Below are positions 11,661 to 24,690 of a stretch of DNA of 64,000 bases, in pieces (positions within the stretch are counted from its first letter, which is position 1; every line of letters begins with the position of its first letter). The stretch lies in assembly GCA_024137785.1 (NCBI GenBank), contig JAHRHZ010000028.1:562753-626752 (forward strand). The letters are read 5' to 3'. The position numbers and the translations under genes were made by a program. A model generated the notes under the pieces. The model saw only the letters and a list, made by a program, of their open reading frames with translations. It was not told the DNA's origin and did no database searches. The DNA is from Ginglymostoma cirratum (lineage: Eukaryota).

Positions 11661-14651
11661 TTCTATAACTCTAATTGTCAACAACTCTTGTTTGGGAAAA
11701 GGACACTTTTGAACATCAATACTAGTCAAAAAAAATGGGCATAATGGCGTTAGTTGCCAGGAAGAGCACTTATTTATATGGGGCCACCACTGAGCACCAC
11801 TAGTCAGAGAGAAAGCTTGTGCTGAACATCAATTCATAATAATATTAAACGTGTTCTTTCTAAGCATGCTTTATAATTCCTAGCACCACACAGGAATTTT
11901 TCTGTCCAGAACATTTCCATTCGTACAAAGTGCTGAGTTTTGACTTCTTTGTTCCTGCATTTGAAATACATATTTCAGACATTTCTTTCATAGATCCCCT
12001 AGTTGTTGCTGTTTGATTCCATAAAAGGTGGAAAACATTGATTGTATTCTTGAAAACAGCTGTAAGGAAGCTCACTTTCATTCAATGCAAAGTTAATACG
12101 CGATCATAAAAGTGGTGTTAAAATTAGCAGTTGTGGCAGAAATGAATAAAATTTGAGTACAACTCTAAGTTCCACATTCACATAGATGGAAAGTGCACAA
12201 ACCTTTGAAAGAAAAAAAATCAAAAATCTTCTGCAATTTCACATGCACTGACAGCTTTGGCTAGCGTAATTCCAATCATTGTTACAAACCATTAAATTAA
12301 GTTTCAGTTTTGTCTGGGGAAATTAACCTGATCGAATAAAAAGGGCACACATGAATAATGACTATTCAGTGGGTAGATTGGAGCTAATGAACCGCAAATT
12401 ATTTGCACTGACATTAAACAGTGTTTGTTAAAAGAGTTATTAGCCTCAAATATGTCGCTGCATGATGAAAATCAGAATTATCTTTCTTCTCTCCAGAAAG
12501 ATATTTTCTAAAGGTGGTACGCGAGCTTTGCACGTCTCTAGCTATAAAGTCTAATCCTAGAAAATGACGTTCTTGCTCTAACGAGAACAACGACATTGAA
12601 TCATTTCCCAGACAAATCCCCTTAAGTTAAGACACTAGCTGTTAATAAATTAATTCTTCAAAAATTGTAGTTGAAGTCTTATAATACAATATAGCTCTGA
12701 TTTTAAGAGCCTTCCATCCAAAACAACTGTTTGTCCATTTTCAGAGCTGACTGAAAGTAAGGCTCCTCGATTTTCAGCTTCTAGGAAGCCAGTTTCCTTA
12801 GGTAAAGCTCAAAGTAAAAGGGACAAGATCCAACTTACTCACTCAATCTAGCATCTTGCATAGTGCGTCATTCATTTTTATTTAATGATCAATTTTTATT
12901 AATCAGTCTTCAACAGTACCAGGCTCAAGAGGCTTCAGTGAGCAGCAGCTGAGCAAAAAGTACAGGTAAGCTCAGGTAAAATCTCTTTAATTTCCATCTT
13001 TAGTCTTACAGCATTTGAGATGGTAGTGAGGGCAGTGGCATTCTCCTCCTGCAGGATGTGGGGGCTCAACGAGACTTCCACCGTCCCCGATGACTACCCT
13101 ATGGGAAGTGAACCCAACTGCAGCTCCTGGGAGACCGTGTTAGGGAGCTGGTGCTGGAGCTGGAAGCACTCAGGATCATCCGAGATGCTGAGTGCTTCAT
13201 AGATAAGAGTTTCAGTGAGGTGGTCACACCTAAGGTGCAGGCAGAGATTAGCTGGGTGACCACCAGGAAATGCAAAGGGAGTAGGCAGAGAGAGCAGGAA
13301 TCCCCTGTGCCCATTCCCCTTGAAAACATGTACACTGTTTTGGATACTGTTGGAGGGGGGAATGACTGTTCAGGGGAAAGCAGCAGTGTCCAGGCCAGTG
13401 GCACCACGACTGACTCTGAGACACATCGGGAAGGGGTAGAGGTAAATAGAACCTTAGTGATAGGAGACTCAGTAGTTAGGGGGACAGACAGGAGGTTCTG
13501 TGGCTGCAGATGGGAATCCAGGATGGTGTGTTGTTTCCCAGGTGCCAGGGTCCAGGATGTCTCGGAGCAGCTGCAGAACGTTCTCAAGGGGGAGGATGAG
13601 CAGCCAGAAGTCATTGTGCACATTGGCACACATGACACAGGTAGGAATAAGGATGAGGTCCTGCAGAGTGATTATAGAGAGCTAGGAAAAAGGCTAAAAA
13701 CCAGGACATCAAAGGTGATAATCTCCAGAATACTTCCAGTGCCACATGCTAGTTAGGGTAAGAACAGGAGGATATGGCAAATGAATGTATGGCTAAAGAA
13801 TTGGTGCTGGGAGCAGGGAATCAGATTCCTGTATCATTGGGATCTTTTCTGGGGCACAGGTGACCTGTTCAAGAGGGACAGGTTGCACCTGAATGGGAGG
13901 GGCACCAATATCCAGGTGGGCAGATTTGCTAGTGATACAAGGGAGGGTTTAAATTAGATTGGCAGAGGATGTGGGATCCTCAACAGCAGGGAGGTAAGTG
14001 CGAGGCTGGAAGGAGATACAGTAATCAGAAATAGCAAGTTGAAGAGATGGGTTAGGCTGGAACAGGACAGGGAGCGAGAGATACCTGTTGGATTAAATTG
14101 CATCTATTTCAATGCAAGAGCTGACAGGTAAGGCTGATGAACTAAGGGCGTGGATAGGTATGTGGGACTGTGATATAGCCATTACAGAAACATGGCTAAG
14201 GGAGGGACAGGACTGGCAGCTTAATGTGCCAGGGTGCAGGTGCATTAGATGGGACATAGGTGGAGGAAATTGGGGAGGGGAGGGGAATTGCATTTTTGAT
14301 TAAGGGGAGTATCACAGCAGTAGTCAAAGATGAAATAACTGAGGGATCATCCGGTGAGGCTTTGTGAGTGGAGCTAAGAAATAAGAAGGGGATGGTGCTG
14401 TTATTGGGGTTGTACTATAGGCCCCCAAATAGTCAACGGGAATTAGATGAACAAATACGCAGGGAGACTTGCAGGAGTAATAGGCTGGGTCATAGTGGGG
14501 GATTTTAATTTTCCTAACAAAGACTGGGACTGCCATGTTATTAAAGGCTTAGTTGAGGTGGAATTTGTTCAATGTGTTCAGGAAAGTTTCCTCAAGCAGA
14601 TTACAGAGGGTCCTACTCGGGAAGGGGCAAAATGTGCCCTACTCTTGGGAA

Positions 14652-15298
14652 TTTAAGGTTCTTGCAAAGATTTGTAGCTCGGGTTGTAGATGAAGTTGTT
14701 CGCTGGCTCGCTGAGCTGGCTGGTTGTCGTACAGACATTTCATCACCATGCTAGGTAACATCATCAGTGTGGCCTCCGATGAAGCAGCATTGTTCATCAA
14801 CAAACGTTGACAAGGATCAAAGACCCCATACCCATGACATGTAGGACCAACGTAGTTTACAAAATACCTTTCAATGACTGCAACAAAGGTACATCGGCCA
14901 GACAGGAAGGAAACTAGCCATCAGGATACACAAACACCAGCGAGCAGCAAAACAACATGATGAACTTTCCTTCATCTCGGTGCACTCAGACAATAAAGGC
15001 CATCAATTTAACTGGGACAACGTGACCATCCTAGCTCAAGCCAACCACAGACACACATGGGAATTCCTAGAGGACTGGTTTTCCATCATAATGCAATCAA
15101 CAAATGTGTGGAATTAGGAACCATATACAAACCCATGCAGAACAGAACCAGAAATGACGCAACCCAACTTAACAGGCCGGATCATATAAACACTAAGCCG
15201 AGTAGAACAACATTGCTTCATCGGTGGCCGCCGATGTTACCTAGCATGGTGACAAAACGTCTGTTTGATAACCAGTTGCTCAGCGAGAAAACCAACAA
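14652..15298 (+). mobile_element. Truncated Penelope-like element with inverted pseudo-LTRs, nested in CR1 ORF2
   Basis: GIY-YIG relic (YIGQTGRKLAIRIHKHQ); inverted arms about 14674-14793 vs 15203-15300; 14-bp TSD cctactc(t/a)tgggaa at 14638-14651 and 15299-15312. Confidence 0.88.
14734..14767 (-). ncRNA. Hammerhead ribozyme motif in a Penelope pseudo-LTR
   Basis: Minus strand aca-CTGATGA-T-GTTACC-tagcat-GGTGAT-GAAATGTC-tgt: intact core boxes, 6-bp stem II, aca/tgt helix I. Confidence 0.55.
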
Positions 15299-17978
15299 CC
15301 TACTCATGGGAAATAGGGCAGGACAGGTGACTGAGGTGACACTGGGGGACCAGTGACCATAGTTCTCTTATTTTAAAATCGTTATGGAGAGGGACAAAAC
15401 TGGTCCATGGGTTCAAGTTCTAAACTGGGGCAAGCTAAATTTTGATGGAATTAGACAGAAGCTTGCAGGGGTTGATTGGAGCAGTTTGTTTACAGGAGAA
15501 GGCACCTCCGGCAAGTTGGAGGCCTTTAAAGGTGTGATAGCTAGAGTTCAGGATCTGTATGTTCCTGTGGGGGGTGAAGATCAAGGTTGGCAGGAGTAGG
15601 GAGCCCTGGGTGACAAGATATCTTGAGGCTTTGACCAGAAAAATGAAGAAGGCATGGCTCAAGAGCAGGCAGCTGTGATCAGGGGAATCCCTGGAGGTAT
15701 ATACGGGATATAGGAGTTTACTGAAGAAGGAAATCAGGAAGGTGAAAGGGGGGCATGAAATAACTTTGGCTGAGAAGACTAAGGTGAATCTAAAAAGATT
15801 CCTTTAAGTATGTTAAAGGAAAAGGAACAACTAAAGAGAGAATTTGAACCCTCAAAGACCAAAGTGGACATGTATGTGCAGAGCCGTTGGAAACGGGAGG
15901 GGTCCAGAATGAATATTTCTCCTCTGTGTTTACCGTGGAGAAAGACATGAAGACTTGGGAACTCGGGGAAGTTAGTGGCAGTATCATGGGGACAGTCCAT
16001 ATCACAGTAGAGGAGGTGTCGGAGGTATTAGAATGTATGAAGATGGATAAATATCCTGATCCTGACCAGATATATCCAAGAACCCTGCAAGATGCTAGAG
16101 AAGAAATTACAGGGGCCCTGGCTGATATATTTGCATCATCGTTAGCCACGGGTGAGGCCCCAGAAGTCTGGAAAGTAGTGAATGTTGTGCCCTTATTCAA
16201 GAAGGGCTGCAAAGAAAAGCCTGGAAATATAGTCCAGTAAGCCTAACGTGTGTGGTAGGTAAGTTCCTTAAGAAGATTCTGAGGGATAAGATATACATGC
16301 ACTTGGAAAGACAACGTTTGATTGGAAGTAGTCAGCATTATGCATCACAAATGCATTCTTTGATGAAGTGACCCGGAAGGCGGATGGGGACAGCGCAGTA
16401 GATGTAGTCTGTATGGATTTCAGTAAGGCCTTTGATAAGGCTCCACATGGTAGGCAGCTCTGGAAGGTTAGATCGCATGGAATCCAGGGAGAGCTGGCAA
16501 ACTGGATACACAATTGGCTTGATGGTAGGAAGCAGGGAGTAATAGTGGAAGGATGCTTGTCAGACTGGAAGCCTGTGACTAGTTGTGTGCCTCAGGGTCG
16601 GTGCTGGGCCCATCGCTGTTTGTTATCTATATCAATAATTTGGATGAGAATCTACAAGGCATGATTGGTAAGTTTGCAGATGACACTAAAATAGATGGAA
16701 TCGTGGTCAGTGAGGAAGGTTATCAGAAATTGCAACAAGATCTTGATCAGCTGGGGAAGTGGGCTGAGAAATGGCAAATGGAGTTTCATATAGATAAGTG
16801 TGAGGTGTTGAATTTGGAAAATGAAATCAAGGTAGGAGTTTCATGGTGAATGTTAGGGCCTTAAGTAGTGTAGTGGAACAAAAGGACCTTGGAATTCAGG
16901 TGCACGGTTCTCTGAAAGTGGAGTCACAGGTAGACAGGGCAGTGAAGAAGGCTTTTGGCACACTGGCCCTCATCAGTCAGGGCATTGAGTACAGAAGTGA
17001 GGAAGTTATGCTGCAGTTGCACAGGACATTGGTGAGGCCGCACTTTGAATACTGTGTTCAGTTTTGGTCACCTTGGTATAGAAAGGATGTTATTAAACTG
17101 GAAAGAGTGCAGAAGAAATTTACAAGAATGTTGCCAGGACTCAAGGGACTGAGTTATAGGGAAAGGTTGGACAAGCTAGGACTTTATTCTTTACAGCATA
17201 GGAGATGGAGGGGGGATCTTGTAGAAGTTTATAAGATCATGAGAGGCGTGGATGGGGTGGATGCACTCAGTCTTTTCCCCAGGGTTGGGGCGAATCGAGG
17301 ACTAGACGGCATCAGTTTAAGGTAAGAGGGGAAAGAATACATGGGAACCTGAAGGGCAACGTTTTTACACAGAGGGTGGTGTGCATATGGAATGAGCTGG
17401 CAGTGGAAGTGGTTGAGGCGGGTACAATAACAACATTTAAAAGGCATTTAGACAAATACATGGATAGGAAAGGTTTAGAAGGGTATGGGCCAAGTGCAGG
17501 GAAATAGGGTTAGCGTGGATGGACATTGTGGTTGGCAGAGACCAGTTTGGGCCGAAGGGTCTGTCTCCATGCTGTAGATCTCTATGACTCTATGACATGT
17601 TCAGAATAGGTCAGATGATGGGTGAAAAATAGTTCCCATCTAAATGTGATGTTGCCTGTCAGCTTGAAAAATCAGTGATATCATATTGAGTAAATTGTAC
17701 TAAGACTGAATTTGTCTCATTAGTTAATTATCAGTTCCCACACCCCGCAAATACTGAGAGATTGTGCTCTTTCAAAAGCAAAACTCTTGCTCAGTTTGCT
17801 GAACATGAACAATCCAATTAATCCTGATTTATTGTACTATTTCAGCAAATCAATTAACTTGTTACATGGTAGGGATTAATCCATGATCCCTGTCTTCAGG
17901 GAGCACAGCATGAGAGATACAATGCTGAACTTCCATCTCCTGCCTTTAAGCATGGACTTCCAATGGGGCCACAAATAT

Positions 17979-18265
17979 GGGCAGCACAATGGCTCAGTGG
18001 CTCATACTCAGGGATCTGGGGTTTGATTCCGCCCTTGGGAGTCTGTCTTTGTGGAGTTTGCATATTCTCCCTGTGACTGCGTAAGTTTCTTCCCACAGTC
18101 CAAAGATGTGCAGGCTAGGTAGTTTGACCATGGGAAATGCAGGGTTACAGGGATAGGTTGGAGGGTGGGTGTGGTGGTGAGTCAGAGTGGGATGCTGTTT
18201 TGAGGTTCAGTGTGTGGACCTGATGGGCTAAGTGGCCTGTTTCCATACTGTTGGGACTCTATGAT
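17979..18265 (+). mobile_element. V-SINE (HE1-like) with CR1-type tail
   Basis: tRNA-like head tggctcagtgg…gtttgattcc; V-domain gtggagtttgcatattctcc…tcccacagtccaaagatgtgcagg; tail ggcctgtttccatactgttgggactctatg. Confidence 0.85.
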
Positions 18266-18884
18266 GAAATATGCACCCTCCCCGCAACTTTATACAAAAT
18301 TCCTAGACAGCCTTTCCTAGTCAATAATATACATAGATTTGCTGATGTAACATCTGCTGTCTCACTTCAATTCATTATTTATGAACATCCTTACTCGGAA
18401 AAACAGTGCTATTGCTTGTATTAAATAGTTCGAGTGTAGAATCGCTGGAAAGTATATTACCATGAATATTCCATGATGTTGTTCTGACACTCATCATCCA
18501 TCGCAGGGAAAACAAAATGGGCAGTAGTTGCTAAGGATAGGTGCAGTGCGATCTTATTTCTTATGCGAGCAAACACTGAGCTGAATGACACCCAAGTCGA
18601 TGAAACGGTGAAAGGAAGAATTTTCATTCACGCAACATCTTTGATGTCCTGCTAGTGAAGCACCTTAAGTAGCGGAATCACTATTGTAGCCCAGAGAAAC
18701 ACAGCAGCCAATTTGCATAGTGCAAATTCCCAAATAATGGTAATCAAAAATGTGACCAGGTAATCTGCTTTCTAGTGGTATGAAAATAAACATCTGGAGA
18801 TGCTCTAATGCTTCAGTTATGAGAGAAAACGATAATTCTGCAAGCACAATTATAATTGTGGCATCATTGTTAGCTGTGATTTCA

Positions 18885-19100
18885 ACTATCAAGGCCCTTC
18901 ACTGTGGAAATCCCTTTCGACACCTCGACACTTCTTTCCTCCTTTAGGATACTTCTTAAAACGTAGGCCTTGTTGACCAATCCACTAATATCACCTTGTG
19001 TGTCAATGTCACATTTTGTTTTATAATATTTTTCATGAAGCATCTTGGGATGTTTCATTATAGAAGAGGTGCTATGTAAATCTAAGTTAAAGTTGTTGTA
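18885..19100 (+). mobile_element. L2-type LINE 3' tail
   Basis: tgaagcatcttgggatgtttcattatagaagaggtgctatgtaaatctaagtt…gttgttgt resembles a typical L2 3' end; a similar tail lies near 60330-60530. Confidence 0.55.
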
Positions 19101-21187
19101 TTAGTGAATGGAGATGTAAGGATACAGTGTCACTGGAGTGAGTGAAGAAATCAGGAATGCTAGGACACATGGAGGTTTGAATTGCTTTAGACCAACATCC
19201 AAACAGTAGTTAGCTGGATTGACTGCCTGGACAGTGGGTAGGAGCATTGTTTAGCACCAGGAGATGCACACTGGCTGGGGGCCCATGGGCTGGGGCTGGA
19301 GTTCCAAGTAGCACTTCAGGTCACTTGAAGTCTGAAAGGTTATTTTTGAGCACCGGGAGAGGAGCAGCCCTGTTCAACCATGACCCACAGGCAGTGCTAG
19401 AAGGAGCAGATCTTCAGACCTTACCCCAAGAAGGTCAGTGCTTTCTGCCTTGGATCTGCTGCCAGCATTCAGCAGGACATCCAACTGACCAATAGCTCAG
19501 CTTAAGTCACACCAAATGAAGATGTTAACAGGCTGCAACTCATGTGTGTTAATGATGTTTGTTGCAGGAGTCATCAATTGTCTGATTTGGACTTTGGCAT
19601 TTTTAAACACTGATTGTCAAATTAGGTTAATTCATGGCAGTTTCTATTTTTCTTCATTCTGGAACAAGTCTTCCATCATCAGTGTCAATGAAGAGCAGAC
19701 TGTTATCTGTCTTTTCAGAAACAAAACCATTGATGATTCACTCCTGCAGCCACACACATCTCTGGAAACTATTCCACTTCAGTGATGTTGCTGTGTCTGC
19801 TCCATTTCTTCCTGTAGTTCTTGCTGAGGCTCACTGTGGTCAGGTTACTCTATCTCTGGTCCTTCCTCACACTCCCCCACAACAGCTCCATCCTTCCTGC
19901 AGACAAAATCGAGGCCAATACTTCAGGTCAATGACCTGTGCTGTACCGTACCAAGACTTCAAAAAAGGCTCAATAAAGCTCTTCACACTGAAAGCAGTGG
20001 GTCTTCAAGTTGAACATGGAGTTGGTAAGAGGTTTTCTGAGTGGAAGTAACAAGAATTATTCAGGAGATTGGTGGAGTATCTTAGAAATCGGTGAAAGGA
20101 TAACTATCCCATGTATTATGGACTCTGTCTGGCTTCAGAAATGCAATGGAAGTTAAACAGATTCACTGGTGATACCCAGATGGAGGGTGGAAGACCGATT
20201 GAGACAAATGAAACAGCCAACAAGGCAGAACAACCTAAAAGATGGACAAAACATTGTAGATTAAAGTCAACAGAGATAAGTGCATGGTTTACATATGACA
20301 AGAAAAGCTGTGGGACGTTTTAATAAAGAGGTTAAGCCCTCCTGGGGGGGTCTGGAGGCTGAAGAGTAATAAAACTAGCTGGTATCTATTGTAAAGGAGC
20401 AACTAAAGATAAGGAAACACTTGAGACTGGTGCAATGAAATCTGTAAAATGGTCACTAGAGATACCAAAAGTAGGCAAGTTATTAATACTTTGAAGATCT
20501 CTCACCCGAGAGAAGCCTTTGCCAAAACTGAACAGGCCAACAAAAAAAAGTAGACTCCAAGTGGAGATATAAAGCTGGGAGTAAATTCTGGGGCAGGCCA
20601 GTGGTTTGGCTTTGATTGGAGCAAGTCTCCCTTTCATATTCTTGTTTTTCTGAAAGAACTCATCCACATGGGTTTCCATGAGAGGTTTAGAGGGTCAGTT
20701 CTGTGCTTGCCCTCCCAACAAAGCTGAGCATGAGGACCCTTAAAAAACAAAACTGGAGCAGAACTTAAAACTTAAACTGGTCCCTGATTTCTTGACCCCC
20801 ATTACTCTGTAAAAAGTACAACCCATCAGATTGAGTTAATTCGTCTCTTTAATACAGCATAATGTAGATTAATTTTTAAGGATTGAATCTTACATTTTTT
20901 TGAGCAAGTCCAAGTTGTGTTGATTTGTTTTTTGATGGAATTGTCGCTATGAGGCCTAGCGAGTTTTGTCACCAAGCCTTACCACACTCACCTCATTGAT
21001 TACCCACCATTCCTTGTGACATCTCTCATGTCCCATTTGCACCCCATCTTACCATGTACATTCTCGGAACAATTTGCCACTCAGTGAATATTCCATAATT
21101 CCCCAGCATCTCTTGCATTCACACCATCTATAAAACATGCTGTGCACCAAGGGAAAACATTATCAGTCCAGGAGATTCCCTCTTGAC

Positions 21188-21789
21188 ATGGTAGACTAAC
21201 AGTAAACAGAGCCCTGCTTTGCAGGCAGGACTTGGGGCTCCTGTTGGATGGGTTGGTATAGAGATGGAACTTGTCATGGAATGTGCAACGGAGGCTACAA
21301 CACCAGATCACGCTAGCCTGGTCCTAGGTTGCCACCTGGGTCAAAGCAATTTGAACCACCTGGGGCAATGCCCAGCACTGTAGGAAGAAGGTCAGTGCCC
21401 TTTACCAATTCACCAGCGTAAGTGCCATCACCTTCTCTCCAATACCTCACACTCACTCTATCCCCATGCCCCACCAAGGCACATGCTCTACCACTCTTGC
21501 TACTGCCTGCAGCATCTTCCCCATTCACTTTCACCTGTTTCCCCCAAACCCCTGACACCATTCACTCTGCATGCCCTCTGTGTTGCCTACGTACTCATTC
21601 AGACACTTTTGAACCTGCACTCACAGTACCAGATGTGCCATCCAGTCTAATCTCCCATAGAACCTGTCTCTCTCTCTCTCATTCCAGGGAAAAGCAGCCT
21701 ACAGTATGACAGAAAGAGTCAGGATGGGTGGTATTCTACTTGCCATTTGGCTCTTTGTCCCTGATGAAGAGAGGATCCTGGCTCTGACC
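21188..21789 (+). pseudogene. Two-exon Myb/SANT-like (NAIF1-type) gene relic of a Harbinger transposon
   Basis: Exon 1 PCFA…DLGLLLDGLV*R…RRLQHQITLAWS*VATWVKAI*TTWGNAQHCRKKVSAL ends at donor GTAAGT (21418). After (CT)n-attccAG, exon 2 from 21688 reads GKAAYSMTERVRMGGILLAIWLFVPDEERILAL, like K.AHNRRER.KTGGG…LTP.EER.L. Confidence 0.7.
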
Positions 21790-23269
21790 ACCTTGAGCAG
21801 GGCTTAGACTGGTATCACAGGCCACCCTTTATTCACTGTCCTGGCATCCCTGAGTGAAGGTTCCCCTCCTGGACTTGACTGAGGCCTGTTGACTACTACG
21901 ACAAGCTTCCTGAATTTGTGCCTGCACTGAACAGCAAGGAAAGGCAACAGTACAGTGAGCCTAGTATCTCTAACTGAGATGGCAAAGCAAGGCAAGGCAA
22001 TGCAATGCAAGGCATGGGAGATGTGAGCAGAATAAGTGAGTGCTGTGAGAGTAAGTGAAAGTCCCAGAGTTGCTGGGAGTGTTTCCCTGAACACACAGTG
22101 TCCTTGCTACAGCATTGCAATGACAGTCACCCAGTGCACCTTGTGCTATACACACTGTAATGCAAAAGCGGCCTGGAGGCAAATCAAGTAGATCCGTAGA
22201 AGCTGACACAAGTCAGATAGCAGTGCCTTTGAATGTGGGTTAATGTGGGCAGTGCCTACGAAGCGTGCCTCAGGATCTTGGTGCCCACTGTCCAACAGGA
22301 AGGTTGTTCAGAGCAAGCAATGAGTTAAATCTGGCAGGGATCTCACATTGGTTTCCTTGTTGAGTTTTCCTGAAGTCGAATTTGTTTGGTGGGTTTTCTA
22401 AGGTGGGAGCGTGAAGGTTAATGAAGCGGGTTGTGGTGTTAACAAGGCATTTAACAAGTACTAATGACCAACACTTGACAAGCCCCTGCTGCCTGGTAAG
22501 AATCTCATCACACCATTTGTGAAAAGCATAGAATGGAGATAAAATAAAACAAAATAGATGGAGCGAGATGGTTTTAACATGGGGTTGGGCTCATTGCCGT
22601 TATTCTAGCACATGTTGCTCAGACCCCTAAAAGTTCAAACATGGAAATAAGCACATGGCTTCTGGAAATCAATGTCTCAGCAGCACTGCAGCAAAAGGCT
22701 CTGTCAGTGTTCTTCTTCATCTTCTTCTCGAGATCTCTTTTCAAAGGCAGGTCCAATTGCAGAGTCACAACGTAGGGAAACATGGTAGGTTACAAATCCA
22801 CCCCAGCAGCAATGGGAGCTGAACCCCACACTGTTGGCAGCAAGCTGATGCTGACTGCTCATCTAGCCCACACACAACTCCTAGTTGCTGAGGCAAAGTA
22901 CAACTGTGCTTGCCTGTCGTAAGCTTAAACCATGGATTGTGATCCTAGAAATTCCAATGTTCTTCCCATCTCATGGCTGATCAGGAAGGTCTTCCACACT
23001 TGTCACTTACCATTGATGGATTTTGGAAGGATTTGCAGATTGATTCTCAGTCTATTTGGACACATCATGAATGCACCTTTCTTGGTCATCAAATACAGGA
23101 GTGAGACTTGAACCTGGAGGTTCTGACTCAGAGATGATGGATGTCACCCATCGTGCAACACAACTGTTTCCTGTAGTTATAATAAATAAGGAATCCAAAC
23201 GAGTTATGAAAACCAAGAATCGCAAGATCTAGTTGATAAGACATCAGAGAGACTCAACAAATTCAGAGT

Positions 23270-23550
23270 CTTCATCCTGAAAAGTGATCAACAGAATCCT
23301 CGTGGAAATATATACCATAGCAGTATTGCCTTCTCTACCCCAGAGAGCAGTGGAAGCTCAGTCATTAAGCAGAATCAAGGCAGAAATTAATAGGTTATGA
23401 AGAATATTGACATTAAAGGATGTGCAGTTAGTGCGGGACATTGATATCAAGGAGATGATCAGCCATAGTTTAGAATGATGGGGCAGTCTTGATAGGCTAA
23501 GTAGCCTATTCTGCTCCTATATTCCTATGTTTCCGTGTTCCTATATTCCT
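23270..23550 (+). mobile_element. Old CR1 3' fragment
   Basis: tctctaccccagagagcagtggaagctcagtcatt…gcctattctgctcctatattcctatg tail. Confidence 0.65.
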
Positions 23551-24518
23551 GTGATGCTGTCTACCTGTATCTTTAATCCTATCTGAGCTCCTCTGCCACT
23601 GAAACTATTCTTAATCACACTTTATTAGTCTAATTAAACTAATCTGGTGCTTTCCTTTGTGTTGTATTTGTTAAATCCATGTAGGGATGGATAACATTTA
23701 TAAAGAGATGAATTTCCCTGTGGCTGACAGAAATAACTAAAGGGCAAGACTTTTTAAGACTCTCACTGTAACAAACACACTAAAATGAATATAGATAAAA
23801 CAGTAATTAACAGGCAATTAATTCACCAAAGGAGAAGAGGAATTTTTTTTCTGTATTCACTAAGACAACCAAATCATATCTTATGGAGCACTTTTACATG
23901 ACACCCTACTTTTGATAAAATAGCATCATTACAGAAATAGATACATAATTCCTCCCAGCTTGCCAACATATACTGCACCAGTTTGAAACTTTCAGTGCCA
24001 TCCATCAGTGTTCCACACAGCCCAAGATTTTCCCAGGCAATTCTGATAACATTTACTTTATTGGTCATGCTTAATTAAATACAATGTCTCTTATCTTCAC
24101 TCTCCTTCCTTTCCCATCACAGAGTAAAGAGGATGCTTTAAAGACACAGTGTTTAACAGCTGCTTTAGCAACAGAACCCAGTAGAACTAACTCTATTGAG
24201 TGAAAGGATATTTCACAAAAATATTAGCAGATTTAACTTTGAGACGTGTGCTACGAAAGAGTAGCCACTGGCTCTGAAATTCACCCATTTTTCGATTTGA
24301 TTATAATCAGACTAAACCAAACCCTGCAACCAATCATCTCTGGGCAAGATCTGAATTCTTTACAATTGTCAAATGAAGATTAATAAATCAGTCGCCTGTG
24401 AATTTCACCAAGATGTGAGAAGGAATAATAATGTGACTGCCACTTATTCGGCATTCTTTAAGAGGTCAGCCTACCCGTTGATAATGCATGAATGTGATCG
24501 GACGCCTTCCTTTTCTAG

Positions 24519-24690
24519 ATCCGTATGTCAAGGTGTCTTTGCTGTGCGAAGGTCGAAGGTTAAAAAAGAAGAAAACAACCATAAAGAAAAACACATTAAA
24601 TCCTACTTACAACGAGGCGATTATCTTTGACATTCCTCCAGAGAACATGGACCAGGTCAGCCTGCTGATCTCAGTCATGGACTATGACCG
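24519..24690 (+). CDS. SYT6: Synaptotagmin-6 internal coding exon (C2B polybasic region), 172 bp
   Basis: ccttccttttctAG acceptor; phase-1 join gives [58 protein letters not shown]; donor GTGAGT at 24691. Confidence 0.95.

Larger units (their letters stand above)
12915..17596 (+). mobile_element. Near full-length decayed CR1 LINE: ORF1 (zinc finger and SGNH esterase, about 13020-13960), ORF2 (APE and RT, about 14090-17520), (CTCTATGA)n tail
   Basis: ORF1 motifs LVIGDSVVRG, VIVHIGTHD, RDRLHLN; ORF2 motifs IAITETWL, IVGDFNFP, MDFSKAFDK, KFADDTK, LVRPHFEYCVQFW; tail ctctatgactctatgac at 17580-17596; multiple frameshifts and stops. Confidence 0.95.

Noticed and set aside
13151-13756. 201-aa SGNH esterase ORF as a host gene
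   Set aside because: It is CR1 ORF1, frameshifted upstream, prematurely stopped and followed by ORF2 relics.
17979-18040. tRNA-like A/B boxes here and at 28600, 32314 and 49940
   Set aside because: SINE heads followed by SINE bodies; no complete cloverleaf.
19190-20800. Possible further Harbinger or LTR-derived sequence
   Set aside because: Looks like decayed repeat, but no ordered protein motifs or termini could be shown.
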